Shown: positions 38,236 to 47,904 of the stretch, piece by piece
Position numbering within the stretch: position 1 is the stretch's first letter
How the letters are laid out: each line of letters opens with the position of its first letter
From: an uncultured Chloroflexia bacterium
GTDB lineage: Bacteria > Chloroflexota > Limnocylindria > Limnocylindrales > CSP1-4
Assembly (NCBI GenBank): GCA_963828165.1
Contig: CAWHDR010000005.1
Span: 160,001-224,000 of the forward strand
Length of the DNA stretch: 64,000 nucleotides
Direction: 5' to 3'
The notes under the pieces: model-generated
The model's input: the letters and a program-made list of their open reading frames with translations, nothing else
What the model was told of the DNA's origin: nothing
The model's database searches: none
Translations under genes and position numbers: made by a program

Positions 38236-38343
38236 CGGGCGAACACCTGCCTGGGACGCGGGCCATACCTGCGTCAGGTGTGGGAGCCTACGACACCCGC
38301 GTCCCGGCGAGAAGGGGGTAATCCGGGCGCGATCGCCCGCGCG

Positions 38344-39250
38344 TCACGAGGCGAACGTGTCGCAGTCGTCCGAGTTGCCGCTCCGGTAGCCCGCCGTGAA
38401 CCATTGGACGCGCTGCTCGGCCGAACCGTGGGTCCAGGATTCGGGGTCGATCCGGCCGGTCGTCGCCTCCTGGATCCGGTCATCGCCGACGGCCTGGGCC
38501 GCGCTCACGGCTTCCTGGACATCGCCGGCCTCGAGGTCCGACGCAGCCGAATGGGCCCACACGCCCGCCAGGCAGTCCGCCTGCAACTCCTGGCGCACGG
38601 AGAGGTCGTTCGCCTGGCTCGGGTCCTGCTGCGCGAGCTCCTGCACGCGCTGTGAGATCCCAAGGACCGTCTGGATGTGGTGGCCGTATTCGTGGGAAAT
38701 GACGTACGCCATCGCGAAGTCGCCGCCCGAGGCACCGAACCTCGACTCGAGCTCATCGAAGAAGCCGATGTCCAGGTAGACCTTCTGGTCCGCGGGGCAG
38801 TAGAAGGGTCCGGTCGCCGACGAGGCCGGGCCGCAGGCCGACTGCGTCGAGCTTTCGAACAGCACCAGCTTGGTCTCGGGATAGTCCTTGCCGGAGGTCC
38901 GAAACTGGTCCTCCCAGAACAGTTCGATCGACTCGACGATGTAGGCGATCTGCTGGTCGGTGTCGCTCTGGGGATTCAGCGTCCCGCCGGGCTCGGCCGC
39001 GCCCCCACCCAGGCCGCCCAGACCGGGGATCCCGCCACCGCCGCCACCGAGGATCCCGCTGAACAGCAGGAACAGCACGACGACCACGATGATGGTCCCG
39101 ATCCCGCCGCCGGCCTTGCCGCCCGGGATCGGGATGGGGATCGCCTCCGCCGCCTCCGCCGCCCCCGAAAACGTCGCCCAGGCCCCCACCCGTGCTCTGG
39201 CCACGCCGATCCTCGATCCGGCCGAAGCCGGTGTTCCGCTTCCATTTCAT
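38344..39250 (-). pseudogene. YpfJ/KPN_02809-type neutral zinc metallopeptidase; frameshift in the Gly run at ~39143 as sequenced
   Basis: MKW...IEDRRG N-terminus in one frame; GPFYCPAD, HEYGHH, ELQADC, THGS in the other. Confidence 0.85.
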
Positions 39251-39374
39251 GACGTGCTGGGGTCTCCTCGACGCAAGTGCCGACAGCGTACGGCCGGCGG
39301 CCGCGACTGCGTGTCGCAATGCCGGCGGGCAGCCTTGCAGCAGCATCGCGTGGCGGTGCTCACGGAGGACGCGC

Positions 39375-39881
39375 TCAGACGACTTCGTGCAGGCGCCCGG
39401 TCAGGACGTCGAACACGAGTCCATGGACCGGCACCCGCCGCAGGAGCTGGTGTTCGCGCAGGAGTGCGACCTGGGCCCGCACGCTCGCGGCCAGGTCGCT
39501 GAATCCGCCGAACTCGAGCCCGATGTCCTCCGCCGTCACCCCGACGGCGGCGGCGAGTCGCTCGCGCAGGGCGGCCTCGTCGACGTCGTGGAGACCGCAG
39601 CCCGTGTGCTGGATCACGACGATCTCGTCCGTGCCGAGGAGCTGCTGGCTCACGATCAGCGAGCGGATGACGTCATCGGTCACGAGCCCGCCGGCGTTGC
39701 GGATGACGTGCGCGTCACCCGTCCGCAATCCGAGCGCCTCCCCGGTGTCGAGGCGCGCGTCCATGCAGGCCACGATCGCGAGACCACTCAGGGGCGCCGC
39801 GGTGAGCGCCGACCGATCGAACGCTTCCGAGTACCGCTCGTTCGCCTCCAGGAGCCGCGCGTACTCGGCACCGTCGGTCAT
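39375..39881 (-). CDS. Beta-class carbonic anhydrase
   Basis: ACMDARL, IRNAGG, HTGCG. Confidence 0.9.
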   Translation of the reverse strand: MTDGAEYARLLEANERYSEAFDRSALTAAPLSGLAIVACMDARLDTGEALGLRTGDAHVIRNAGGLVTDDVIRSLIVSQQLLGTDEIVVIQHTGCGLHDVDEAALRERLAAAVGVTAEDIGLEFGGFSDLAASVRAQVALLREHQLLRRVPVHGLVFDVLTGRLHEVV

Positions 39882-39909
39882 GCCCGGTCAGCTTCCTGCG
39901 CGCCGCGGA

Positions 39910-41895
39910 TCAGGCCGACGGACCCTGGCCACCGGCGTAGCGCTCGATCAGCTCACCGATCGTGAGCCGGCCGTAACGCTCATCCAGCTGCTCCCGGGCG
40001 ATCCGCCACATCGTGCGGAGCGGCCGTGGACCGGATCGCTCGAGCTCATCGAGGCGGACCGCGGCGAAGCGCTCGATGCCGGGCACGGCACGCAGGTCGG
40101 CCGCCAGCCGGGTCGCGGCGTCGTCGACGGTCGATTCGCGGGTGATCCCGGCCGAGGCCGGTCGAGCCGGCCCGGCCGCCGTGTCGCTGCGCGGGGTGGG
40201 CGGCGCCGAGGCCGCACGGACGGCGCGCTCTGCGTCGGCGATCGCGGCGTCCACGGATTCGGGCGTGGTGAACCGCGGCGTCGAGGTACCGGCCGACGTC
40301 GGCGGCGTGGCCGGCGTTGCCGGCGTTGCCGCGCTCGCTGCCGGGCTGGTGGTCGAGGGGCTTGCACCAGTCGTCGCCGGACCTGCTGCGGGCGATGCGC
40401 CGCTCGCCGAGGCGGCACCGCCGGTCGCCGATGTCCCGCTCCCGGATGCGCCGCTCTTCGACCCGCTCGGCGGTCGCGTCTTCGAGCCACCAGATCCCGA
40501 CTGCGAGCCGCTGCCGGCGCCACCCATCGCCTGGCTGAGCATCTCCGGAATATCGATCCCGGTCAGGCCCTTCACGGTCGCGCCCGCCTCGGTGACGGTG
40601 CGGGTCACGTTCTTGACCATGTCGGACGCACCGTCGTTGGACAGGACCGTCAGGTGGTCGATGTTGCCCATCGGCTCCGCGGCCGCCCGGACGATGTCCG
40701 GCAGCTGGGAGAGGACGGTCTGGATGATGGCCGCCTCGTTGAACTGGCGGTAGGCGTCGGCGCGCAGCGCGAGGGCCTTGGCCTCCGCCTCGCCCTTGGA
40801 CAGCACGATCCCGGCCTCGGCGTTGCCCTCGAGCGTCGTCTGCTTGGCGACGGCCTCGGCGGTCACCTCGACCACGCGGGCCTGCGCCTCGCCGGCGAGC
40901 TTGACTCGCTCGGCATCGCCCTGGGCCTGGGCGATCGCGGCGCCCTTCGCGCCCTCGGCGCGGCGGATCTGTGCCGCGGCGTCTGCCTCGGCGGGTCGGA
41001 CGGTCGTCGCGACCAGTTCCTGTTCCTTGCGCGCCGCCTCGAGCTGGGCGAGCTCGGTCTGCTTGCGGGTGACTTCCTGCGTCGCCTCGGCCTCGGCCAG
41101 TGGCCCGGCCTGGGCGGCACGTGCCTGCGCCGCAGCGGTCTGGGTCTCGGTCTCGGCGCGTCGAAGCGCGACGTCCCGCGACGCATTGATCTTGACCTGC
41201 TCGGCCTCGGCCTCGCGAACGGCGGCCTCCTGGTCGGCCGACGCCTTGGCCATGCGCGCATCGCGCTCGCGGCGAGCCGTCTCCTGCTGGCCGATGAGCT
41301 CCATGTAGCCGGACTCGTCGCGGATCGCCTGGATCGTGAAGGAGTCGATCTGGAGGCCCGACGTCGCTAGGTCACCCTTCGCCGCGTCCTGGACGGCCTG
41401 CTGGAACTTCATCCGATCGAGGTTGAGCTCCTCGACGGTCAGCGTGCCGACGATCGAGCGAAGGGAGCCCTCGAGGACGTTCTTGACGATCGAGTCGACC
41501 TGCTCCTCCTGGGATTCGAGGAAGCGCTCGGCGGCGTTGCGGATGGACTCGTCGTCGGCACCGATCTTGAACGTCGCGACGCCCTGGACGGCGACCTTGA
41601 TGCCCTGCCGCGTGACCGCATCGGCCAGGTTCACGTTGATCTGGCGCGCCGTCAGCTTGAGCTTGCCGACCTTGTGGACCAGCGGCAGGACGATGACGCC
41701 GCCGCCACGCACGACCTTGAGGTTCTTGCGCCCGTCGGGCGATCGATCGCGCTGACCGCTGACGACGAGCGCCTCGTTGGCGCCCGCGACCTTGTAGCGG
41801 CTGCCGATGTAACTGATGATCAGGACGACGATGACGATGATCGCGAAGATCGGGATCACCCCTCCGCCGATGAACTCGAACACGCCGTCAAGCAT
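39910..41895 (-). CDS. Flotillin-like SPFH protein with long C-terminal extension
   Basis: NEALVVSG, VLEGSLRSIVG, AEA-rich coiled coil, QLPDIVRAAAEPMGNID. Confidence 0.88.
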   Translation of the reverse strand: MLDGVFEFIGGGVIPIFAIIVIVVLIISYIGSRYKVAGANEALVVSGQRDRSPDGRKNLKVVRGGGVIVLPLVHKVGKLKLTARQINVNLADAVTRQGIKVAVQGVATFKIGADDESIRNAAERFLESQEEQVDSIVKNVLEGSLRSIVGTLTVEELNLDRMKFQQAVQDAAKGDLATSGLQIDSFTIQAIRDESGYMELIGQQETARRERDARMAKASADQEAAVREAEAEQVKINASRDVALRRAETETQTAAAQARAAQAGPLAEAEATQEVTRKQTELAQLEAARKEQELVATTVRPAEADAAAQIRRAEGAKGAAIAQAQGDAERVKLAGEAQARVVEVTAEAVAKQTTLEGNAEAGIVLSKGEAEAKALALRADAYRQFNEAAIIQTVLSQLPDIVRAAAEPMGNIDHLTVLSNDGASDMVKNVTRTVTEAGATVKGLTGIDIPEMLSQAMGGAGSGSQSGSGGSKTRPPSGSKSGASGSGTSATGGAASASGASPAAGPATTGASPSTTSPAASAATPATPATPPTSAGTSTPRFTTPESVDAAIADAERAVRAASAPPTPRSDTAAGPARPASAGITRESTVDDAATRLAADLRAVPGIERFAAVRLDELERSGPRPLRTMWRIAREQLDERYGRLTIGELIERYAGGQGPSA

Positions 41896-42442
41896 CGGTC
41901 CCTCCCTCATGCGCCGAGGCCCCGGCCGGCGGCGTCGTCCATTCCACGATGAGTCCCGTACCGCCCACGCCCGTCACGCGGGCGACGGTGCCGGCCGGGA
42001 TGTCGCGCGCCGCGGTGGCGCTGAATTCGTGTGTCTGGCCCTCGGCCTTGACGAGCACGCTGCCGTTACGGCCCGCCGGGATGCCGACCTGGACGTAGGC
42101 GTCCTGACCGATGAGGTCGCTCGTAGAGAACGGCTGAGGCGCTTCGGCTCGTCGCAGGGCACTAAAGATGAAATACGCGATCGCGAGGCCGACGATGCCG
42201 AAGCCCGCACCCCACAGCGCGGCCTGGCCGCCGTGGACGTCGAGGACCTGCGTGGCGAAGAGCCCGCCGACGCCGAACATCGACACGAATGACAGCAGCA
42301 GCGGCATCAGGCTTACGCCGCCCACATCGAAGTCGAAGACCGCCCCGAGGATGTCGTCGACGAGGACGGTGATCAGCAGCAGCCCGCCACCCACCAGGAG
42401 GCAGACGACGAAGACGAAGTCCTCGACCGGGATGTCGATCAT
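41888..42442 (-). CDS. Short NfeD-like (YuaF-type) membrane protein
   Basis: Three TM segments plus C-terminal OB-fold; immediately upstream of flotillin. Confidence 0.8.
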   Translation of the reverse strand: MIDIPVEDFVFVVCLLVGGGLLLITVLVDDILGAVFDFDVGGVSLMPLLLSFVSMFGVGGLFATQVLDVHGGQAALWGAGFGIVGLAIAYFIFSALRRAEAPQPFSTSDLIGQDAYVQVGIPAGRNGSVLVKAEGQTHEFSATAARDIPAGTVARVTGVGGTGLIVEWTTPPAGASAHEGGTDA

Positions 42443-42533
42443 CGGCGTCGCGGCCTCCCTCGTCCGGCGCGAGCGCGTCGGGAGGACAGGATAGCGACCC
42501 GCGAACCGGCTGCGCGTCCGAACGCGCGGATGG

Positions 42534-43022
42534 TCAGTCGGACGGGCCGAACAGCACCGTCAGCCAGCGTTCGAGCGGCGCGACATCGTCGGTCTGGGCA
42601 CCGATCCGGAGGGCCGCCGAGCCAGGCGCGTCCGGGGGCAGGGCCGGGGCATCCTTCTCGAGCGTGAAGGCGATCTCGCGCGCGCCGCCCAGGCCGTAGG
42701 CTCGGCCCTGCTGCTCGACGTAGCGCTGGCGGGCGATGAGATCGAGCTCTCGCTCGAGCGCACCGACCTCGATCCGGAGGGCGGCGTTCGCCGACGCGAT
42801 GTCGTCGGCGCGGGCCGTCGCGGCGGATGCTTCACCCACCTGACGAGCGAACGCGATCACGATCCAGGCGGCCAGCATCGCGCAGGCCAGGATCCCGATC
42901 CGCCGGCGCGTGATGCCCGCGATCGGCAGCGCGGCGAGGTCCGGAGCGGTGGTCTCGCGGTCCCGTGCGCCCGGATCCAGGTCGGACGCGTCGTCGGGTT
43001 CGAGGCTCGAGCGGCGGGACAT
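42534..43022 (-). CDS. Septum formation initiator (FtsB/DivIC-like)
   Basis: Single TM, coiled coil, YVEQQGRAYGL...E motif. Confidence 0.65.
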   Translation of the reverse strand: MSRRSSLEPDDASDLDPGARDRETTAPDLAALPIAGITRRRIGILACAMLAAWIVIAFARQVGEASAATARADDIASANAALRIEVGALERELDLIARQRYVEQQGRAYGLGGAREIAFTLEKDAPALPPDAPGSAALRIGAQTDDVAPLERWLTVLFGPSD

Positions 43023-43162
43023 GGCGGCGAGCGTAGCTACGTGCAGCTGGGGTGTCAACCGCGCTGGCGTGACAACCAAGCTGTCACACGAGCGCGGCAG
43101 CGTGGGCGTAGACTGCCGCCGATACCGAACATCTGTTCGGATACAACTCGGGGAACCCGACG

Positions 43163-45481
43163 ATGCGCCTCTACGCCCCTGCCGATCCCACGACCGTCCT
43201 GAACGGCCTCCTCGAGGAGCCGTCCCTCGCTCGCGGCGTCGTCCATCACGCCGTCCTGCCGCCGCGCGAGGCGATCCATGCCCCGATGCCGCCATGGCTC
43301 GACCCGCGCATCGTGAACGGTCTCGCCGGCCGCGGGATCGAGCAGCTGTACTCGCACCAGGCCGAAGCGATCGATGCGGTCCATGCCGGCGAGGACGTCG
43401 TCGTGGTCACGCCGACGGCTTCGGGAAAGACGCTGTGCTACGCGCTGCCGGCGCTCCAGGCGATCGCCGAGGACCCGGCGGCGCGGGCGCTGTTCCTGTT
43501 CCCGACGAAGGCGCTCGGCCAGGACCAGGTCACGGAGTTCGGGGAGCTCTCGGCAGCGGCCGGGCTGTCGATCATCACCTCGACCTACGACGGCGATACA
43601 CCCGCCCCGATCCGATCCGCGGTGCGCGCCGCCGGGCAGGTCGTCGTGACCAATCCGGACATGCTCCATTCGGCGATCCTGCCGCACCACACGAAGTGGT
43701 TCCAACTGTTCGAGCAGCTCCAGCTCATCGTCATCGACGAGCTCCACACCTACCGCGGCGTGTTCGGCAGCCACGTCGCGAACGTGCTGCGGCGGCTCCT
43801 CCGGATCTGCGCGCACTACGGCAGCAAGCCGATCATCGTGTGCTGCTCCGCGACGATCGGGAACCCGGGCGAGCTCGCCACGATGCTGACCGGTCGATCG
43901 GCGCGGCTGGTGGACCGGAACGGGGCCCCGGCCGGCGAGCGCCACGTACTGCTCGTGGATCCGCCGGTCCTGGAGCCCGCGAGCGGCGCTCGCGGTTCGG
44001 CCGTGACGCTGGCGCAGCGATGGGCTTTGCCCTTCCTGCGCGCCGGCCGCCAGACGATCGTGTTCGGTCGCTCGCGCGTCGCCGTCGAGCTGCTGCTCAC
44101 CGGTCTGCGCGAGTCGTTGCGGGAGAGTTACGGCCCGCGCAGCCGCATCCGGGGCTACCGCGGCGGCTACCTGCCCACCGAGCGTCGGGCCATCGAGCAC
44201 GGCCTGCGCGACGGGGAGATCCTCGGGGTCGTCTCGACCAACGCGCTCGAGCTCGGCGTCGACATCGGACGGCTGGACGTGTCGATCCTGGCCGGCTATC
44301 CGGGTTCGGTAGCCGGAACGTGGCAGCAGTTCGGTCGGGCCGGCCGGCGGCAGGGAACGAGCGTCGCGATCCTGGTGGCGTCGGGCGCGCCCGTCGATCA
44401 GTACGTCATCCACCATCCCGAGTTCCTGCTCGAGGGGGCGCCGGAGGAGGCTCGGCTCGATCCGGACAACCTGCACGTCCTGCTCGCGCACCTGCGCGCG
44501 GCGACCTTCGAGCTGCCGTTCGAGCCGGGCGAGGTGTTCGGGCCCGGCCCGGCGGACGACCTGCTCGGCTTCCTCGCCGAGGAACGCCATGTCCGCCAGG
44601 CGGCCGACGGCCGCTGGTACTGGTCCAGCGAGAACTTCCCGGCATCGGAGATCTCGCTCCGGACCGCCGCGCCGGAGAACGTCGTGATCATCGACACGAC
44701 GCCGGACCGCCCACGGGTCCTTGGCGAGGTCGACCTGTTCAGTGCCCAGGTCCTCGTCCACGAGCGGGCGATCTACATCCACGAATCGGTGCAGTACTAC
44801 GTGGACCGGCTCGAATGGCACGAGCGCAAGGCGTACGTCCACAAGGTCGACGTGGACCACTACACCTATGCGAACCGGGCCGTCACGCTCAAGCCGCTCG
44901 AAATCTTCGCGGAGGCTCCCGCCACGGGCGGCCGGCGGATCCACGGCGAGGTCATGGTCGCGAGCCTCGTGACCCTGTTCAAGAAGCTCAAGTTCCTGAC
45001 GGACGAGAACGTCGGCTGGGGTCCCATCGACCTGCCGGAGCTCGAGCTCCAGACGACCGCTTACTGGCTGACCGCCGAGCGCGTCCGCGACCACTGGCGC
45101 CGGGACGATCTCGATGTCGCGCTGCTGGGCGCCGGGCGCGCGATCCAGACCATCGCCGCGGTCCTGCTGATGGTGGACCCGCGCGACCTCGGCCTGGTGA
45201 CGCAGGTCCGCTCGCCCCACGCCGAGGAACCCACGATCTACCTGTACGAGGCGGTACCGGGGGGCATCGGCCTCGCACCGCGCCTGTGGGACCGGCACGA
45301 CGAGCTGCTCGCCGGCGCAGCGGCGTTGATCACGGGCTGTGGATGCGACGGCGGCTGTCCGGCATGCACCGGTCCGCGGCTGGAGCCGAACGTTGATGCT
45401 CGGGCACTCGCGCTACGCCTGCTGCGCGAGCTGGGTGCCCGGGCTGATGCGGCCCCGCCCGTCCTCGCGACGCCGGCGTGA
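43163..45481 (+). CDS. mrfA: DEAD/DEAH helicase with DUF1998 (MrfA/Hrq1-like)
   Basis: TPTASGKT, FPTKAL, DELH, TNALELG, QFGRAGR, C-terminal CGCDGGCPAC. Confidence 0.88.
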   Translation: MRLYAPADPTTVLNGLLEEPSLARGVVHHAVLPPREAIHAPMPPWLDPRIVNGLAGRGIEQLYSHQAEAIDAVHAGEDVVVVTPTASGKTLCYALPALQAIAEDPAARALFLFPTKALGQDQVTEFGELSAAAGLSIITSTYDGDTPAPIRSAVRAAGQVVVTNPDMLHSAILPHHTKWFQLFEQLQLIVIDELHTYRGVFGSHVANVLRRLLRICAHYGSKPIIVCCSATIGNPGELATMLTGRSARLVDRNGAPAGERHVLLVDPPVLEPASGARGSAVTLAQRWALPFLRAGRQTIVFGRSRVAVELLLTGLRESLRESYGPRSRIRGYRGGYLPTERRAIEHGLRDGEILGVVSTNALELGVDIGRLDVSILAGYPGSVAGTWQQFGRAGRRQGTSVAILVASGAPVDQYVIHHPEFLLEGAPEEARLDPDNLHVLLAHLRAATFELPFEPGEVFGPGPADDLLGFLAEERHVRQAADGRWYWSSENFPASEISLRTAAPENVVIIDTTPDRPRVLGEVDLFSAQVLVHERAIYIHESVQYYVDRLEWHERKAYVHKVDVDHYTYANRAVTLKPLEIFAEAPATGGRRIHGEVMVASLVTLFKKLKFLTDENVGWGPIDLPELELQTTAYWLTAERVRDHWRRDDLDVALLGAGRAIQTIAAVLLMVDPRDLGLVTQVRSPHAEEPTIYLYEAVPGGIGLAPRLWDRHDELLAGAAALITGCGCDGGCPACTGPRLEPNVDARALALRLLRELGARADAAPPVLATPA

Positions 45482-46896
45482 CGACACCGGTCGCGGACGG
45501 GCCCTCGTCCGACCTGGCCCGCCGCCTCGAACGGTTCCGGGCCGCGGTCCGGGTCGCGCCCGGCAACGAGACCGATCCCCTCCCCCACGCGCCCATCCCG
45601 ACCGCCGACCTGGCGTCACGCCTTGCCTCGACGCTCGACGGCGAGATCGTGACCGCCCGCGGGGGCCGGTTCGTCCGGGTCGAGGGCCGCTCGGTCGACA
45701 TCCCGGTGGATCGGCCGCGATTGGCGGGACTGCCCGGTCAGCCGCCGGCGGACCGCCCGCTGGTCTGCCTCGACACGGAGACGACGGGCCTGGCGACGGC
45801 CGCGGGCACGGTGGCGTTCCTGATCGGGCTCGGCTGGTGGGAGCGCGAGCGGTTCCGGCAGGTCCAGCTGCTGCTGCCCGACCACGCGGACGAGGGGGTG
45901 CTGCTCGACGAGCTCGCCCGGCATATCCCGCCCGACGCCTGGCTCGTGACCTACAACGGCCGCGGATTCGACTGGCCGTTGCTCGTGGCCCGCTACCGGA
46001 TGGCCCGACGCGCCGCGCCCGTCCACGACGGGCACCTCGACCTGCTGCCCATCGTCCGGCGCCTGTTCCGCCACCGGATGGACGACGCTCGGCTGCAGAC
46101 GGTCGAGCGCGTGCTGCTGGGGGTCGAGCGCCACCACGACGTCGACGGCTGGGAGATCCCGGGGCGGTACCTCGGATTCCTGCGGGGCGGGCCCGCCGAG
46201 CCGCTGGCCGCCGTCGTGCGCCACAACGACGAGGACGTCCGATCCCTGGCTCGCCTCATCGCGTTGCTGGACTCGGGCTACACCTCGCCCGAGGCGCGCC
46301 GGGACGCCCCGATCGGCGACGTGGCGGGCCTCGCCCGGGCATTCGTGCGGGCACGGCGTCCCGAGGAGGCCCTGGCCTGTCTCGACGAGGTCATGGAGCG
46401 GGCCGATGCGCCGCTGCCGGCAGTGGTCGAGGTCACGAGACCCGTGGTCGCGATGACGCCACTGCGGACCGCGGTCCCCTGGTGGGCGCCGCAGGCGCGG
46501 GCCGACTTCGGCGGGCCGCCGCGAAACCGTGACCGCGGACCATCGAGCTGGCACCGGACGGCAGCCTTCGCCGCGACCTGGGACGCGCAACGGGTGGCGC
46601 TCGACCGGGCGCATCTCCTCCGCCGGCTCGGCCGGTTCGCCGATTCGGCCGAGGCGTGGGCGGGCGTCGCGGCCGGACCGGGACGCACCGCGATCGTCGC
46701 CTGGATCGAGATCGCGAAGCTCCGCGAGCACCGCCTGGGAGATCCCGCGGGCGCCCTCGAAGCCGCGCTCCGGGGCGTCGCCGCAGCCGACCGACGGCGT
46801 CACCTCGCGCTGCCGGAACCCGCGCTCGAGGCGGACCTGCGTCATCGACTGGCCCGGCTGCAGCGGCGGCTCGCTCCGCGTCGCACGGTCGCCTGA
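45478..46896 (+). CDS. mrfB: YprB/MrfB-like RNase H-fold exonuclease with TPR-like tail
   Basis: LDTETTGL, TYNGRGFDWP, HLDLL, HNDEDV; coupled to the helicase gene. Confidence 0.82.
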   Translation: MTTPVADGPSSDLARRLERFRAAVRVAPGNETDPLPHAPIPTADLASRLASTLDGEIVTARGGRFVRVEGRSVDIPVDRPRLAGLPGQPPADRPLVCLDTETTGLATAAGTVAFLIGLGWWERERFRQVQLLLPDHADEGVLLDELARHIPPDAWLVTYNGRGFDWPLLVARYRMARRAAPVHDGHLDLLPIVRRLFRHRMDDARLQTVERVLLGVERHHDVDGWEIPGRYLGFLRGGPAEPLAAVVRHNDEDVRSLARLIALLDSGYTSPEARRDAPIGDVAGLARAFVRARRPEEALACLDEVMERADAPLPAVVEVTRPVVAMTPLRTAVPWWAPQARADFGGPPRNRDRGPSSWHRTAAFAATWDAQRVALDRAHLLRRLGRFADSAEAWAGVAAGPGRTAIVAWIEIAKLREHRLGDPAGALEAALRGVAAADRRRHLALPEPALEADLRHRLARLQRRLAPRRTVA

Positions 46897-46915
46897 CCCG
46901 TCGAGCTCGGGCTGC

Positions 46916-47902
46916 TCAGGCCTCCGCGTCGAGCGCGGCGCGGACCGGGCCGGCGAGCGCCTCGAGCGTGGGGCGATCGAACGGCGCCGGCCAGTCGAAC
47001 ATCACCGCGCCGAGGCCAGCGTCGCGATACCGGCGAAGCTCGGCGACGACCGTGTCTACCGGCCCCGTAAACGGCGAGCCCATCGCCATCCTCAGCGCGT
47101 CGTCGCGCGACATCGCCTGGTGCTGGAGGGTCGCGGTCAGCGCCTCGACGGCCTCCTCCCGGGTCGGGCGGATGCACGGCGCGGGCAAACCAGCGGTCCG
47201 CTCGATCGTCGCCGGATCGCGACCGACGACTCGACAGTGCTCGTCCAGGATCTCGCTCCGCCGGTGGAACGACTCGGGTGAGTCCTGGTCCGCGTTCCAG
47301 ATGTCCGCATACTCGGCCACGAACCGGAGCGTGCGCTTCTCCCCGCTCCCGCCGATGGCAAGCGGCAGCCGCTCCTGGATCGGTGGCGGATCGTTGCGGG
47401 CATCGACCGCCGAGAACCACTGGCCGTCCCGGGTCACCGACTCCCCGTCGAGAAGGCCGCGACAGATCGCGGCGGCCTCGCCCATCCGGTCGAGCCGCCG
47501 GCCAACGGGCGGGAACTCCCACCCGAACGCCTGGTGCTCCCGCTCGAACCAACCGGCTCCGAGACCCAGCGCGGCTCGGCCCCCGGTCGCGTGGTCCAGC
47601 GCCGTCGCCATCTTCACGAGCAGCCCCGGGTTCCGATACGCGGCGCCCGAGACGAGGCAGCCCATCCGCGCCCGGCTGGTCACGCAGGCCCAACCGAACA
47701 GGATCGACCAGCCCTCGAAGACCGGGCCGTCGAGGTAGCCCAGCTCGCCGACTCCCGCGGCGGCCTGCGGGAAGAAGTGGTCGTTGCTCCAGAGGTCGTC
47801 GAAGCCGAGCTCGTCGATGTCGTGGCCGATGGCCATCAGCTCCGGCCAGGTCACGTACTGCCCCCAGACCTGGAACCCGAGGCGAAGGCGCGGTGGAGCC
47901 AT
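46916..47902 (-). CDS. LLM-class (luciferase-like, possibly F420-dependent) oxidoreductase
   Basis: GFDDLWSNDHF, YRNPGLLVKMATALD, GLGAGW, IGGSGEKRTL. Confidence 0.88.
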   Translation of the reverse strand: MAPPRLRLGFQVWGQYVTWPELMAIGHDIDELGFDDLWSNDHFFPQAAAGVGELGYLDGPVFEGWSILFGWACVTSRARMGCLVSGAAYRNPGLLVKMATALDHATGGRAALGLGAGWFEREHQAFGWEFPPVGRRLDRMGEAAAICRGLLDGESVTRDGQWFSAVDARNDPPPIQERLPLAIGGSGEKRTLRFVAEYADIWNADQDSPESFHRRSEILDEHCRVVGRDPATIERTAGLPAPCIRPTREEAVEALTATLQHQAMSRDDALRMAMGSPFTGPVDTVVAELRRYRDAGLGAVMFDWPAPFDRPTLEALAGPVRAALDAEA

Positions 47903-47904
47903 CG

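Noticed and set aside
43163-46896. DUF1998 helicase as a DISARM/Druantia defence system
   Set aside because: Paired with a YprB-like exonuclease as in MrfAB repair; no methylase or other defence genes
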